In this document: positions 27,753 through 37,563 of the stretch, in pieces
Numbering within the stretch: the first letter of the stretch is position 1
How the letters are laid out: every line of letters begins with the position of its first letter
Source: an uncultured Gemmatimonadales bacterium
Lineage (GTDB): Bacteria; Gemmatimonadota; Gemmatimonadetes; Gemmatimonadales; GWC2-71-9
Reading direction: 5' to 3'
NCBI GenBank assembly: GCA_963730185.1
Contig: CAVSQW010000008.1
Location: 32,001-96,000 of the forward strand
DNA length: 64,000 bases
The notes under the pieces: model-generated
What the model saw: only the letters and a program-made list of their open reading frames with translations
What the model was told of the DNA's origin: nothing
Databases searched by the model: none
Program-made: the position numbers and the translations under genes

Positions 27753-30590
27753 GCCCGCACTCCTTTCGGCTCCGGGGACCGCGCGGCGCTCGTCGGCGGA
27801 GGCTTCCACCAGCGACGCCAGGCCGTCGGGCTCGAAGATTCGGAGCCCGTAGGCGGGCTCATAGCCATGGATCTCCTTGACGTCGAGCTGCGAGGAGATA
27901 GCGGAGGATCTCCGCCGTGATGACCTGCCCCGGCATCAGGACCGGGAAGCCCGGCGGATAGGGCGTGACGAAGGAGGCGGACACGACCTCGCGGCCGGCC
28001 TCGACGCTCGCGCAGCGGGCCCGTCGAGGGCACGTACTCGCAGGTGCCGTCGTCATAGGCCAGGAAGAAGGCGTCGCGGAGTCGCCTTCGGGCGTCGGCC
28101 TGGTCCGGGGTCGACTGGAACGCCGGGTGGAAGCGGCTGAAGTTCGGCAGCGGCGGCAGCTCGTCGGTCAGCGACCGAGACTCGCTGGTCGGAAGCGCGT
28201 GCCCGGCGATGCCGCTCTGGTGCGACCGCTCGTCATCCAGCTCCTCGGCGATCCGGGTCAGCACCTTGACCAGGTTGCGCGACCGTGCCCCGGGTCATGC
28301 CGATGTGGATCATGAACAGCACGCGTGTTGCGCGAGGTCTTGTTGATCTGGATGTCGAAGCGGTTCATGAGCAGCGTCTTGAACGTGTCGCCGTCCATCC
28401 CGGTCCGGCCGACATCAAGCGTGATGCGGGTCGGGTCGAGCACGAATTCGTCCGCGGGCCCACGCCTCCTCCAGTCGGCTCCAGCCCCGGCTCGGCATCG
28501 TAGTACGCCTCGAGGCCCGACGGCCGGTACGCCGCCGGGACCATCTCCTGCGGGCCGAGCACCCGGAAGTACTTGCGGAGCAGCGGCGTCCGCGCCGGAT
28601 CCGCTCGCGCAGGGTCATGGCCAGCTCGATGCTGCGCTGCGACCAGCTCGTAGCCCTCCAGCTCGACCTGGCGCCGCCCGATATCGAGCGAGGCGAGGAT
28701 CTGATAGTTGGGCGAGGTCGAGGTATGGGTCATGTACGCTTCGTGGAAGACGCTCCGCACGCCGGTGCTCGAAGTCCTGATCGTGCACATGGATCATCGA
28801 GCCCTGCCGGAGCGACGTCAGGGTCTTGTGGGTCGACTGGGTCGCATAGACCCGGACCCGTGACCCGATCGCGGGTCGGGCAACGCGGCCCGGCGGTCCA
28901 CGGACGCTCGTCTTTCGGCTGGGCGGTCGCCGGCTGCCTGGCGTATTCCGCGCGGTACGCCGGGTCGGCATAGCTGGCGGCAGACGGTTCGGCGGCCTCC
29001 ATGGCGGTGCGCTGGCGGAGCGTCGGCGAGAAGCGGGCCGAACGCGAACCACGCCTCGTCCCACACGAAGATCATGTCCGGCTTGATCGCCAGCACCTCC
29101 TCCATGACCCGCTACGGATCGTAGGTGATGCCCGTCGAAGGTGCATGTTGGTGAGGAGCAGGACCTTGACCCGATCGAGCTTGCCGGCCCGTTCCAGGGC
29201 TCGAGCAGGTGCTGTCTTGATCGTCGTCGCAGCGTGACGCCGCCGTACATCGAGAACGGAGTGAGCGGATAGGCGTCGAGGTAGACCGGCCGGGCGCCGG
29301 CCAGGATGACGGCGTAATGGTGCGACTTGTGGCAGTCGTGCGAGAGCAGCACGATGTCGCCCGGCCGGATCAGCGCCTGAAGCACGATCTTGTTGGCGGT
29401 CGATGTCCCGTTGGTGACGAAGTAGGTCCGCCGCGCGCCGAACGCGCGGGCGGCCAGGTCCTGAGCCTGTTCAGCGATCCGCGGGGCTGGAGCAGCGAAT
29501 CCAGGCCGCCGGTGGTGGCCGACGTCTCGGCCTGGAAGATGTTGCGGCCGTAGAACTGCCCCATCTCGCGGATCCAGTGCGACTTCGCGATGCTCTGGCC
29601 GCGCGAGATCGGCAGGGCATGAAAGACCCCGGTCGGCTTCTGACTGTAGCGCTTGAGGGCCGATGAAGAACGGGGTCTCGTACCGCTCGTGGACGCCCTT
29701 GAGCACGCTCAGATGGAGGTCGTGGTAATCCTCCTCCCGGTAGAAGACCCGGCGGAAGTCACGCGGTCGGATCGCCGACCACGTGCTCGACCGGTGCGTC
29801 GGTGACCAGGAAGAGGTCCAGCTCCGGGCGGAGGGCCTTGAGCAGGCCGCCGAGCACCAGGCTTCGCTCCGAGGCCCAGCGGCCCTCGAGCTGCGCGGGG
29901 TCTTGCCCCAGCAGCGCATAGGCGTCGTTCAGGAACCCGTGCCGGTGCTCCGACCGAAACGGGAAGCTGTAGCGGATGATCACCGATTGGATGTTGAAGT
30001 TGACCAGGGCGGCCATCACGGCGTCCTCGAACGTGCCGGCCGACGACGACGTCGTAGGCGAACGGCGTCCTCCGGCCGCCGGAGGTCGAGCAGCCTGGCC
30101 CGGTCCTCCTCGGCCTGCCGGGGAGTGAGCTCGTCGACGACCAACACCTCGAAGTAGGGCCGGTGCTCGCGCTCGGCCTCGAGGTGGACCGAGTTGCTGA
30201 GCGAGCTGGTGTTGAGGAGATCGGCGTAGCTTCGGACCCGCGACGCGCCGAGGTCGAGGCGGCGGTACCAGCCGTTGGAAAGGAGGCGGACCAGCCGGAT
30301 GGTCTGCCGGGCGAAGGTGTCGAACCTGGCGGCGTCGAAGTTGCGTTTCAGCTCCGCGAAGGCTCGTTCGCCGGGGAAGGCGTGATAGGCTTCCAGCGGC
30401 GCCAGGTAGTCGAAGGCCTCGGTGCCGGCCTGGAGCGCTTCGGGGGGAACGTCGCCGGCCTGCTGCAGCCGGCGCGAGACGGCGGCCGTGGTCCCGGAGA
30501 GGTCCAGAGGTCCTTGCGGAGCCGGGACAGGTTGAAGATCGGGGCGTGTCGCGGATCTAGCTCCGCGGGTGGGCGATCGGCATAGGCCAT
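27749..30590 (-). CDS. Large (about 940 aa) Orn/Lys/Arg-family PLP decarboxylase with extended N-terminal wing; many frameshifts as sequenced
   Basis: ETSATTGGLDSLLQP, FVTNGTSTANKIV, CHKSHHY, DEAWFAF, YATQSTHKTLTSLRQGSMIH (PLP lysine), HTSTSPNYQILASLD and FVTPYPPGFPVL motifs across frames. Confidence 0.85.
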
Positions 30591-30595
30591 CAGGG

Positions 30596-31503
30596 CTATC
30601 CTCCTTCCAGGGAGCCCGCCGGCGCCACCGCCGCCGGATTGCCGGGCGGTCGGTGGGCCCGTTCCGGTCGGCGGATCGGTCCCAGGCTCTGAAGAAAGGG
30701 GCTCGCGGCCGGGGCGTAGGCCGGAAACGAAACCCGGGTATCGCGAAAACTCTTGAGCGGCTGGCCCAATCCCCGGAGGCCGATCTCGCGGCTCCGATGG
30801 ACCCGGTCGAGGTCGAGCTCCAGGGGAATGATCTCCTCGGAGGTGCCGGCTTGATGGAGCACGTCGCCCGCCGGGCCCACGATGATCGAGCGACCGTTGC
30901 CGAGGTCGCCGGCGCCGTTCACCTCGACCACGAAGCATTGGTTCATCGCGGCGGTCGCCCGGGCCATCGCCAGCTCGACGTCCCGATCGATCGTGGTGGT
31001 CAGCGCCGGATGCAGGATCACCTCGGCGCCGAGCGTGGCGAGGGAGCGCGAGTGTCTCGGGGAACCACATGTCGTAGCAGATCGAGATCCCGAAGCGACC
31101 GACCTCGGGCACGTCGAAGACGACGAACTCGTCCCCCGGCTCGGTCTCGGTCTCGTACGGCTGGAACGGGAAGATCTTCCGATACCGCCCCACGACCTCA
31201 CCGTCCGGATCGAAGACGCTGGCCGTGTTGTACACCTTGTCGCCGGCCTTCTCGAAGTGCGAGCCGTTGAGCAGCCAGATCCGGTGCTGGCGGGCCAGCT
31301 GGCGAAAGCTCTCCTCGGCTGGGCCCGGGCAGGGGCTCGGCGTGCCCGGCCCCCGGCCCGCACCCGGCCAGCTCGCTGAGCACCACCATCTCGACCCACG
31401 GGAAGACCTGCATCAGGTAGCTCAACCGCTCCCGGATGCGGGGCAGGTTACCGCCCCGGCCCGAGAGGGCCAGCTGCAGGCCGGCGATGGCGAACGGTCT
31501 CAT
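30596..31503 (-). CDS. Nitrilase-superfamily carbon-nitrogen hydrolase (frameshifts near 31320 and 31050)
   Basis: Glu-Lys-Cys triad motifs LSEL, YRKIFP and ICYDMWFPE. Confidence 0.85.
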
Positions 31504-31519
31504 GATCGGACTCCGCACT

Positions 31520-32863
31520 TCAATGGGCGGCAACCTTCGCCGCCGCCCGCCGTTCGGCGCGCGGCTCGGGGAAGGCCCGGAGAATCTCCTCTTCGACGAC
31601 GTCGAGCCCGCGACTCAGTTGGTCCGGCTCGATCACCAGGGGCGACAGCAGCCGGATCACGTTGCCGTGGGTTCCGGCGGCGATGATCAGGACCCCGCGG
31701 GCCACGCAGGCCTGAATGATGGCCGCCACTTGGGCGGTGGCGGGCTGGGCCGGGTCGCCGTCTTCCACCAGCTCGATCCCGATCATGGCGCCCAATCCTC
31801 TGACGTCGCCGAGGGCCGGACACCGCCGCTGAAGCGCCTCGAACCGGTCCCGGATCGTCTTCCCGATCGCGGCGCCCCGGGCGTTCAGGTCCTCCCGCTC
31901 CATCACCCCGATCGCCGCCAGCGCGGCCGCGCACGCCACCGGGTTACCCCCGTACGTTCCACCCACGGTGCCCGGCTTCACCCGGTCCATCACCTCCGCC
32001 CGCCCCAGCACCGCCGAGATCGGCATCCCGCCACCCAGCGACTTGGCCCAGGTCGAAAGATCCGGCACGATGTCGTAGTGCTGGTAGGCGGCCCACTTGC
32101 CGGTCCGGCCGAATCCACTCTGGACTTCGTCGGCAATCAGGAGGATCCCGTGCTCGTCGCAGATCCGGCGGAGCCCTTGCAGGTAGGCGACCGGGGCGGG
32201 GACGAAGCCGCCCTCGCCCTGGACCGGCTCGATCAGCACGGCGGCGACCTGTTCGGCCGCGACCGTGGTCGAGAACGCTTCCCGGAGCCGGCGGAGCTCC
32301 CGCTCGACGAACGCCTCGAGCCCGAGCCCGTCGCCGTGGTGGTAGTAGTTCGGGAACGGCAACCGGTAGATCTCCGGCGCGTAGGGACCGCTGCCGCTCT
32401 TGTAGCCGGTTTTCGAGGTGAGCGACATCCCGAGCAGGGTCCGACCGTGGAACCCCTCGCTGTAGCAGAGGATGGCCGGCCGCCCGGTCGCCTGCCGCGC
32501 GATCTTGACGGCATTCTCGACCGCCTCGGCGCCGCTGTTCAGGAGCAGGGCCTTGGTCCGATCGCCGTGAGGGAAGAGCGAGACCAGCTTCTCGCAGAGG
32601 GCGACGTACGGCTCGTAGGTGGCGACGTGAATGCAGATGTGGAGCAGCTGCTCGGCCTGGGCCTGGATGGCCCGCACCACCGGCTCGGCGCAGTGGCCGA
32701 CGTTCATCACCCCGATCCCGCCGGTGAAGTCGATCAGCGTGTTGCCCTCGAGGTCGGTCAGCATGGCGCCGTGCCCGGTGGCGATGGCGGCGGCCGTGAC
32801 GCGGGGCAGGCCCGGGGTGACGACCGCCGCCCGGCGGGCCAGCAGATCTTGGTTGCGGCTCAT
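31520..32863 (-). CDS. gabT: 4-aminobutyrate--2-oxoglutarate aminotransferase (class III PLP)
   Basis: DFTGGIGV, NSGAEAVENAVK, FHGRT, EPVQGEGG, DEVQSGFGRTG, AKSLGGG and GGTYGGNP motifs. Confidence 0.9.
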   Translation of the reverse strand: MSRNQDLLARRAAVVTPGLPRVTAAAIATGHGAMLTDLEGNTLIDFTGGIGVMNVGHCAEPVVRAIQAQAEQLLHICIHVATYEPYVALCEKLVSLFPHGDRTKALLLNSGAEAVENAVKIARQATGRPAILCYSEGFHGRTLLGMSLTSKTGYKSGSGPYAPEIYRLPFPNYYHHGDGLGLEAFVERELRRLREAFSTTVAAEQVAAVLIEPVQGEGGFVPAPVAYLQGLRRICDEHGILLIADEVQSGFGRTGKWAAYQHYDIVPDLSTWAKSLGGGMPISAVLGRAEVMDRVKPGTVGGTYGGNPVACAAALAAIGVMEREDLNARGAAIGKTIRDRFEALQRRCPALGDVRGLGAMIGIELVEDGDPAQPATAQVAAIIQACVARGVLIIAAGTHGNVIRLLSPLVIEPDQLSRGLDVVEEEILRAFPEPRAERRAAAKVAAH

Positions 32864-32959
32864 TGGGCCTCCCGGCGGGATGGAATTCCGATCGGGCTCC
32901 CAGGAATGCGGGCGTCGAACAGATTCGCGACGGCCTGGGGAGCGAAGGTCGGATCAGGT

Positions 32960-33006
32960 GGTAAGCGCTAACTTATTTCTAATCATATACTTAGAAAGCG
33001 CTTACC
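32960..33006. promoter_or_regulatory. AT-rich nested inverted repeat upstream of gabT with two LacI-like AAGCGCT sites
   Basis: Outer GGTAAGCGCT...AGCGCTTACC; inner TTTCTAA-N8-TTAGAAA; minus-strand TATGAT as a candidate -10. Confidence 0.6.
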
Positions 33007-33107
33007 GCAACCCGTCGGGCTGAGCTGTGACCAATTTGTGTCGGGTCTCCCTCGACCGCTGAGGCGCGTGATCCGGCGGTTGGGCAGGACCGAATCGAGG
33101 CTGGGGC

Positions 33108-33620
33108 TCAGAGGTACCGGGCGACCGCCATCGCCAGGGCGGCGGCCGCCAGCAACCACGCCACCACCTGACCCACCGATCCCGCCCGCGCCCTGAGCGC
33201 CTGGGCCTGAGCAGCCATCGCCTCGCGCGCCGACGCCTCGGCCCCGGCCGCGCTGGCCGAGAGCGCGCCCGCCTTGAGCATCGAGGGCCGGACGATCCCG
33301 GCCCCGAGGCCGAACGCGATGAGCGCGGCGAGCGCGCCGACCCCGTAGGCCATGCCCGGCGCCGACCCGCCGTAGCCCTTCCCGAAGCCGACCGAGGCGT
33401 GCCAGTAGAGGTAGAATCCGGAGAGCAGCGTCAGCCCTGCCACGATGGGCACCACGGTCATGAACCCGCGCTGGGCGAGCCCGGCCGCGACCTTGGCGCC
33501 GTCGGGTCCCGCGTCGCGAATCGCCGGGAATAGGTAGGCGGCGACGAAAATCATGGCGCCGGCCCAGAAGACTCCGCCGCCGACATGGACCAGGCGGGCC
33601 AGGAGGAGCGTGACGTTCAT
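33108..33620 (-). CDS. Hypothetical four-helix membrane protein
   Basis: 170-aa ORF; RLVHVGGGVFWAG; four hydrophobic helices. Confidence 0.75.
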   Translation of the reverse strand: MNVTLLLARLVHVGGGVFWAGAMIFVAAYLFPAIRDAGPDGAKVAAGLAQRGFMTVVPIVAGLTLLSGFYLYWHASVGFGKGYGGSAPGMAYGVGALAALIAFGLGAGIVRPSMLKAGALSASAAGAEASAREAMAAQAQALRARAGSVGQVVAWLLAAAALAMAVARYL

Positions 33621-33744
33621 GGGGATTCCGTGAGGAGGTTAGCCGAAGGTACGGTCCCCGTGGCCGATGGTCCAGCCGGGGAGAAGAGCCGTTGCTGGGT
33701 CGCGTCCGGTGGAGCCCCCGGCCGCTAGCGGAATGCCCCCCCAC

Positions 33745-34072
33745 GAGCCGCCGTCGGTCGAACGGGAGACACCCCGGTCGCCGCCCGCGGACCAGAGCGG
33801 CCCTTCGGCGACAACCAGGACGACCTTGCCGCGGTCGCGGCGTCGATCACGGTGCCGTGCTCGATCGAGCGAACGCCGCGCTCCAACCACCGACGGATCG
33901 CCTCGGGGGATCATGGGGATCTCGTCAGGGATAATTGTGACTTCTAGAATCACAATTGAGGTTGGGATGACAGACGCGTGCCACAGAGCGCGCGGGGTCG
34001 CGGCCGCGGTGGAGTCGGTTGACGGGCCCATCGTGCCACCGCCGCTCGGTGCCGAATCGCCCGACCGGCGGC
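33745..34072 (-). pseudogene. Mosaic remnant: Rrf2 upstream region and first codons, an amidohydrolase fragment and a VPS10-hydrolase fragment
   Basis: 33904-33968 and 34027-34072 resemble 23562-23628 and 23773-23820; 33831-33906 matches 35105-35180 at 66/76 ungapped; 33748-33831 resembles 22305-22389. Confidence 0.8.
33933..33957. promoter_or_regulatory. Putative Rrf2 operator, copy 2 (AATTGTGAC-TTCTAGA-ATCACAATT)
   Basis: Same arms and spacing as copy 1, with one mismatch. Confidence 0.65.
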
Positions 34073-34078
34073 CGGTCC

Positions 34079-34633
34079 TCAGTTGGCGGAGCCGGACCGC
34101 ATCGCCTGCATGGCGGCGGCGGCCCGCCGCCGGAGCTCCTCGTCATGGACCCCCGGCCGAATCCCGTGAACCGATCGGAGCCCCGCCGCGATGGCCCGCG
34201 GCGCGATCGAGTGGTGGTCCTCGTTGTTCATGATCTCCCAATCGAACGCCTTGAGCATGCCGAAGATGCCCTGGAGGGCCTCACCCAGGGGATCGGTCAT
34301 CTCCCAGTCGCCGTGAAAGTCGAAGTTGCGCCGGGCGTAGAAGCCGGCCATCCCCTCGTCGGCCGGGTAGCCCACACCGACCACGATCGAGGGCGGCAGC
34401 GCCGGACTGATCGCGGCGAACCGCCCGTGCACCTCGGCCTGGACCAGATCGAAGAGCAGGTTCCCGTCGGTCGCGAGGATCACGGGGTAGGTCCCCTCGC
34501 CATGCTCGTAGCCGGCCGGCAGCGAGACCTCGATCGTGTACCGACCCAGCCCGTCGGCGACGACCTCGAAGGTGTCGTAGGGCCGCGGCGTGGCCGGGCG
34601 AGGGTGGAGTGCGAGCGGCCTGGAGGCTGGCAT
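34079..34633 (-). pseudogene. IroE/Fes-like alpha/beta hydrolase lacking its catalytic core
   Basis: YTIEVSLPAGY..YPVILATDGN..IVVGVGYP..RRNFDF N-terminus joined in frame to the C-terminal NEDHHSIAP; no GxSxG nucleophile elbow. Confidence 0.6.
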
Positions 34634-34644
34634 GGGGCGCCCTC

Positions 34645-35886
34645 TCAGATGGTCCGCCGGTGGAACCGGCCGGCTTTCATGATCACCGCCAGGCGGGCCC
34701 CGTTCGCCGCCAGCACGCCCAGATCCTCGAGCGGGTTGCCGTCGACGACCAGGAGGTCGGCGTGGGCGCCCGGCGCGACGCATCCCAGCCGGCCGCTCTG
34801 GTTCAGGAGCTCGGCGTTGACCGCGCAGGCCGAGCGAAGGATCTCGAGCGGGGAGAGCACCTGGGCCCGGATGGTGAACTCGGTGCCCTGCCTGACGTGG
34901 TGGGCGCCCAGGAGGTCGGTGCCGAAGCCGAGCTTCACGCCGGCGTCGCGCATCAGGCGGAGGCCCTCGAGCGCGTGCCCGGAGACCCGCTGGAGCTTCT
35001 CGTAGCTCACCGGCGGGAGGCCGAGCTTGGGGCCGTCCTCGAGCAGCGCGAAGATCACCGACATGGTCGGGACCACGAAGGCCTCGCGGTCGGCGACCAG
35101 GGCGGCGGTGGCCGCGTCGATCACGGTCCCGTGCTCGATCGAGCGGACGCCGAGCTCCACGCAGCGCCGGATCGCTTCGGTGGGGTGGCAGTGGGCCAGC
35201 ACGTAGCTCCCGTGCCGGTCGCACTCGGCGACCGCGGCGCGGATCTCGTCTTCGGTGAATTGGCAGCGGTCGATCGGATCGTTGGGCGAGGCAACCCCGC
35301 CGGAGCCCATGATCTTGAGGTGATGGGCCCCCTTCCGGAGCTCCTCCCGGACCGCCCGCCGCATGGCATCGGGGCTGTCGACCACCGCCGCGAACGAGTC
35401 GACGTAACCCGCGCCGGCGCAGCCGCAGCACTCGGCGTAGCCGTCGTGGTCGTGGGGGCGGAAGTCGCCGTGGCCGCCGGTCTGGGTCATGACCCGGCCG
35501 CCGTAGAAGAGCCGGGGTCCCTCCACCAGCCCCTCGGCCAGGGCCCGCGCCAGGCCGACGTCGGCCCCGCCGGTGTCGCGGACCGTGGTGAAGCCGCAGC
35601 CAAGGATGTGGCGCAGGAAGGTGGCGGCGTAGTGGGCGAGGTAGGTGGCCGGCGCCGCCACGATCTTCTCGACGTTCAAGCTGCAGGCGTAGACGTGGAC
35701 GTGCGCGTCGATCAGGCCCGGCATCAGGAACCGGCCGCCGCAGGCCACGACCTCGGCCTCGGGCGCCTCGATCCGCGGTCCCACGGCCGCGATCCGGCCG
35801 TCGGTGACCAACACGTCGCAATTCGCTCTGAGGTCCGGCGACGATCCGTCGAACACGGTCGCCTGGCTCAGCAAGATGGAACTCAT
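34645..35886 (-). CDS. Metal-dependent amidohydrolase (Xaa-Pro dipeptidase-like)
   Basis: PGLIDAHVH, GFTTVRDTGG, LKIMGSGGV, AHCH, SIEHGT, FGTD and ADLLVVDGNPL motifs. Confidence 0.9.
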   Translation of the reverse strand: MSSILLSQATVFDGSSPDLRANCDVLVTDGRIAAVGPRIEAPEAEVVACGGRFLMPGLIDAHVHVYACSLNVEKIVAAPATYLAHYAATFLRHILGCGFTTVRDTGGADVGLARALAEGLVEGPRLFYGGRVMTQTGGHGDFRPHDHDGYAECCGCAGAGYVDSFAAVVDSPDAMRRAVREELRKGAHHLKIMGSGGVASPNDPIDRCQFTEDEIRAAVAECDRHGSYVLAHCHPTEAIRRCVELGVRSIEHGTVIDAATAALVADREAFVVPTMSVIFALLEDGPKLGLPPVSYEKLQRVSGHALEGLRLMRDAGVKLGFGTDLLGAHHVRQGTEFTIRAQVLSPLEILRSACAVNAELLNQSGRLGCVAPGAHADLLVVDGNPLEDLGVLAANGARLAVIMKAGRFHRRTI

Positions 35887-37535
35887 GGATGCACCGCCTC
35901 CGTCGTGAAGAACCGCTCCCCCCGCCACCGCGGCCGGCCCGCGGCGTTCGCCACCCTCCGCCCGATCAGCAGGTTCGCCTCGGCGAAGGTGACCCCGGCC
36001 CGCCAGTCGATCGGCTGGTCGTAGCGGTCGCGCGGGGTGTGGTGGATGTGATCGAGCCAGGCCTGCTGGAGCTGGGTGCCGGTCTGGTCGCCCAGGCCGC
36101 TCGCCTTGCCCGGGAAGAGCATCAGGGCGGGGATCCCGAGCCGCATGAAGGGATAGTGGTCGCTCCGGGTGAAGATCGTCTGTCCCGGCAGCGGGTCGTC
36201 GCTCTCCGCCACGCCGAGGGTCCGGAAGGCGGCGCGCGCGTCCTCCTCCAGGCTCGAATACTTGGCGCCGTAGGCGACGAAATCCTTGACCGGCGCCTCC
36301 ATCACGAAGTTGTCGAGGTTCAGGTCGGCCGTGATCGCGGATCGAGGTACCGGCGGATGATGGACGAAGTAGTCGGAGCCGAGGATGCCCTTCTCCTCCC
36401 CGGTCAGGGCGACGAAGAGGATCGAACGGCGGGGTCGGGGCAGCTCGGTCCAGGCCCGCGCCAGCGCCATCAGCACGGCGGTCCCGCCGGCGTTGTCGAT
36501 CGCCCCGTGGTAGACGCTGTCGCCGTCGACCGGGGTGCGGACGCCCACGTGATCGAGGTGCGCGGTGTAGACGACGTACTGATCGTGGAGGGCGGGGTCC
36601 GATCCCCGGAGCAGCCCGACCACGTTGGAGGCGGCCGTCCGTTCCTGCGCCATCTCGGCATGGACGTCGAGCCTGGCGTCGATCGGAAATGACAGCGGAC
36701 CGTGACGGAGCGCCTGGGCCACCTCGGCGAAGCTCCGGCCGGCCAGTCCCAGGACCTTCGCGGTGCCGGTGTCGGTCAGGCGAACGGCCACGCCGGACTC
36801 GAAGAAGAGGCTGTGCGGCTCGCCGTCCGGGTCGACCCAGGCGAAGTCCTCGAGCTGGCCGAGCTTGTCGGCGACCACGGAGGCCGGAGCGGGCAGGAGG
36901 GTCACGACCCCCACCGCGCCGTGGGCCAGCGCGTTCCGCTCCTTCATCGCCAGGGTGGAGTAGTGGCCCCGCTCGTCCGGGGAGAGCGCCGCCGGTCCGC
37001 CGAAGAGCATCACCGCGAACTTGCCCCCGGCGTCGACGCCGGCATAGTCGTCGTAACCCGGCGCGGTCACCCCCCAGCCGACGAAGACCAGCCCGCCCGA
37101 CCGGTCGAGCGAGGTGACCCGCTTGTCGGGGTGCACGAAGGCGTCCCGGCCGAGAGCCAACGGAACCCGGCCGCCGGCGGCGACGAGGGTGACGGTCGTT
37201 CGGGCGGAGTCGAGCACCGTGTGGCGGAGCGGCACCGGCGCCAGGAACGACGAATCCGGGTCCAGCGGCTGGAGACCCAGCTCACCGAACTCGGCCGCCA
37301 CGTAGCGGGCCGCGATCTCGGCGCCGGGCCGGGCCGTCTCCCGGCCCCGCAATCGGGCGTCGGCCAGGAACCGGACGTGGGGGGCGATCCAGTCGGGCCG
37401 GATCAGGCCGAGCGCGGGGTCGCGGGCCGAGCGGGTGGCTTGAGCCGCTCCGCCGACCGTGACGGCCGGGGTCAGCCCCGCGGTGGCGATCAGGATGGCG
37501 AGAACCGGGTGCGGCACCCGAAGTGTGGCGGACAC
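35883..37535 (-). CDS. Secreted M28-family peptidase with PA domain
   Basis: AHLDHVG, GAIDNAGG, GEEKGILGS, NLDN, RSDHYPF and HTPRD motifs. Confidence 0.9.
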   Translation of the reverse strand: MSATLRVPHPVLAILIATAGLTPAVTVGGAAQATRSARDPALGLIRPDWIAPHVRFLADARLRGRETARPGAEIAARYVAAEFGELGLQPLDPDSSFLAPVPLRHTVLDSARTTVTLVAAGGRVPLALGRDAFVHPDKRVTSLDRSGGLVFVGWGVTAPGYDDYAGVDAGGKFAVMLFGGPAALSPDERGHYSTLAMKERNALAHGAVGVVTLLPAPASVVADKLGQLEDFAWVDPDGEPHSLFFESGVAVRLTDTGTAKVLGLAGRSFAEVAQALRHGPLSFPIDARLDVHAEMAQERTAASNVVGLLRGSDPALHDQYVVYTAHLDHVGVRTPVDGDSVYHGAIDNAGGTAVLMALARAWTELPRPRRSILFVALTGEEKGILGSDYFVHHPPVPRSAITADLNLDNFVMEAPVKDFVAYGAKYSSLEEDARAAFRTLGVAESDDPLPGQTIFTRSDHYPFMRLGIPALMLFPGKASGLGDQTGTQLQQAWLDHIHHTPRDRYDQPIDWRAGVTFAEANLLIGRRVANAAGRPRWRGERFFTTEAVHP

Positions 37536-37563
37536 TGGTCTTCCTCCGGGCCGGGTCGACGAG

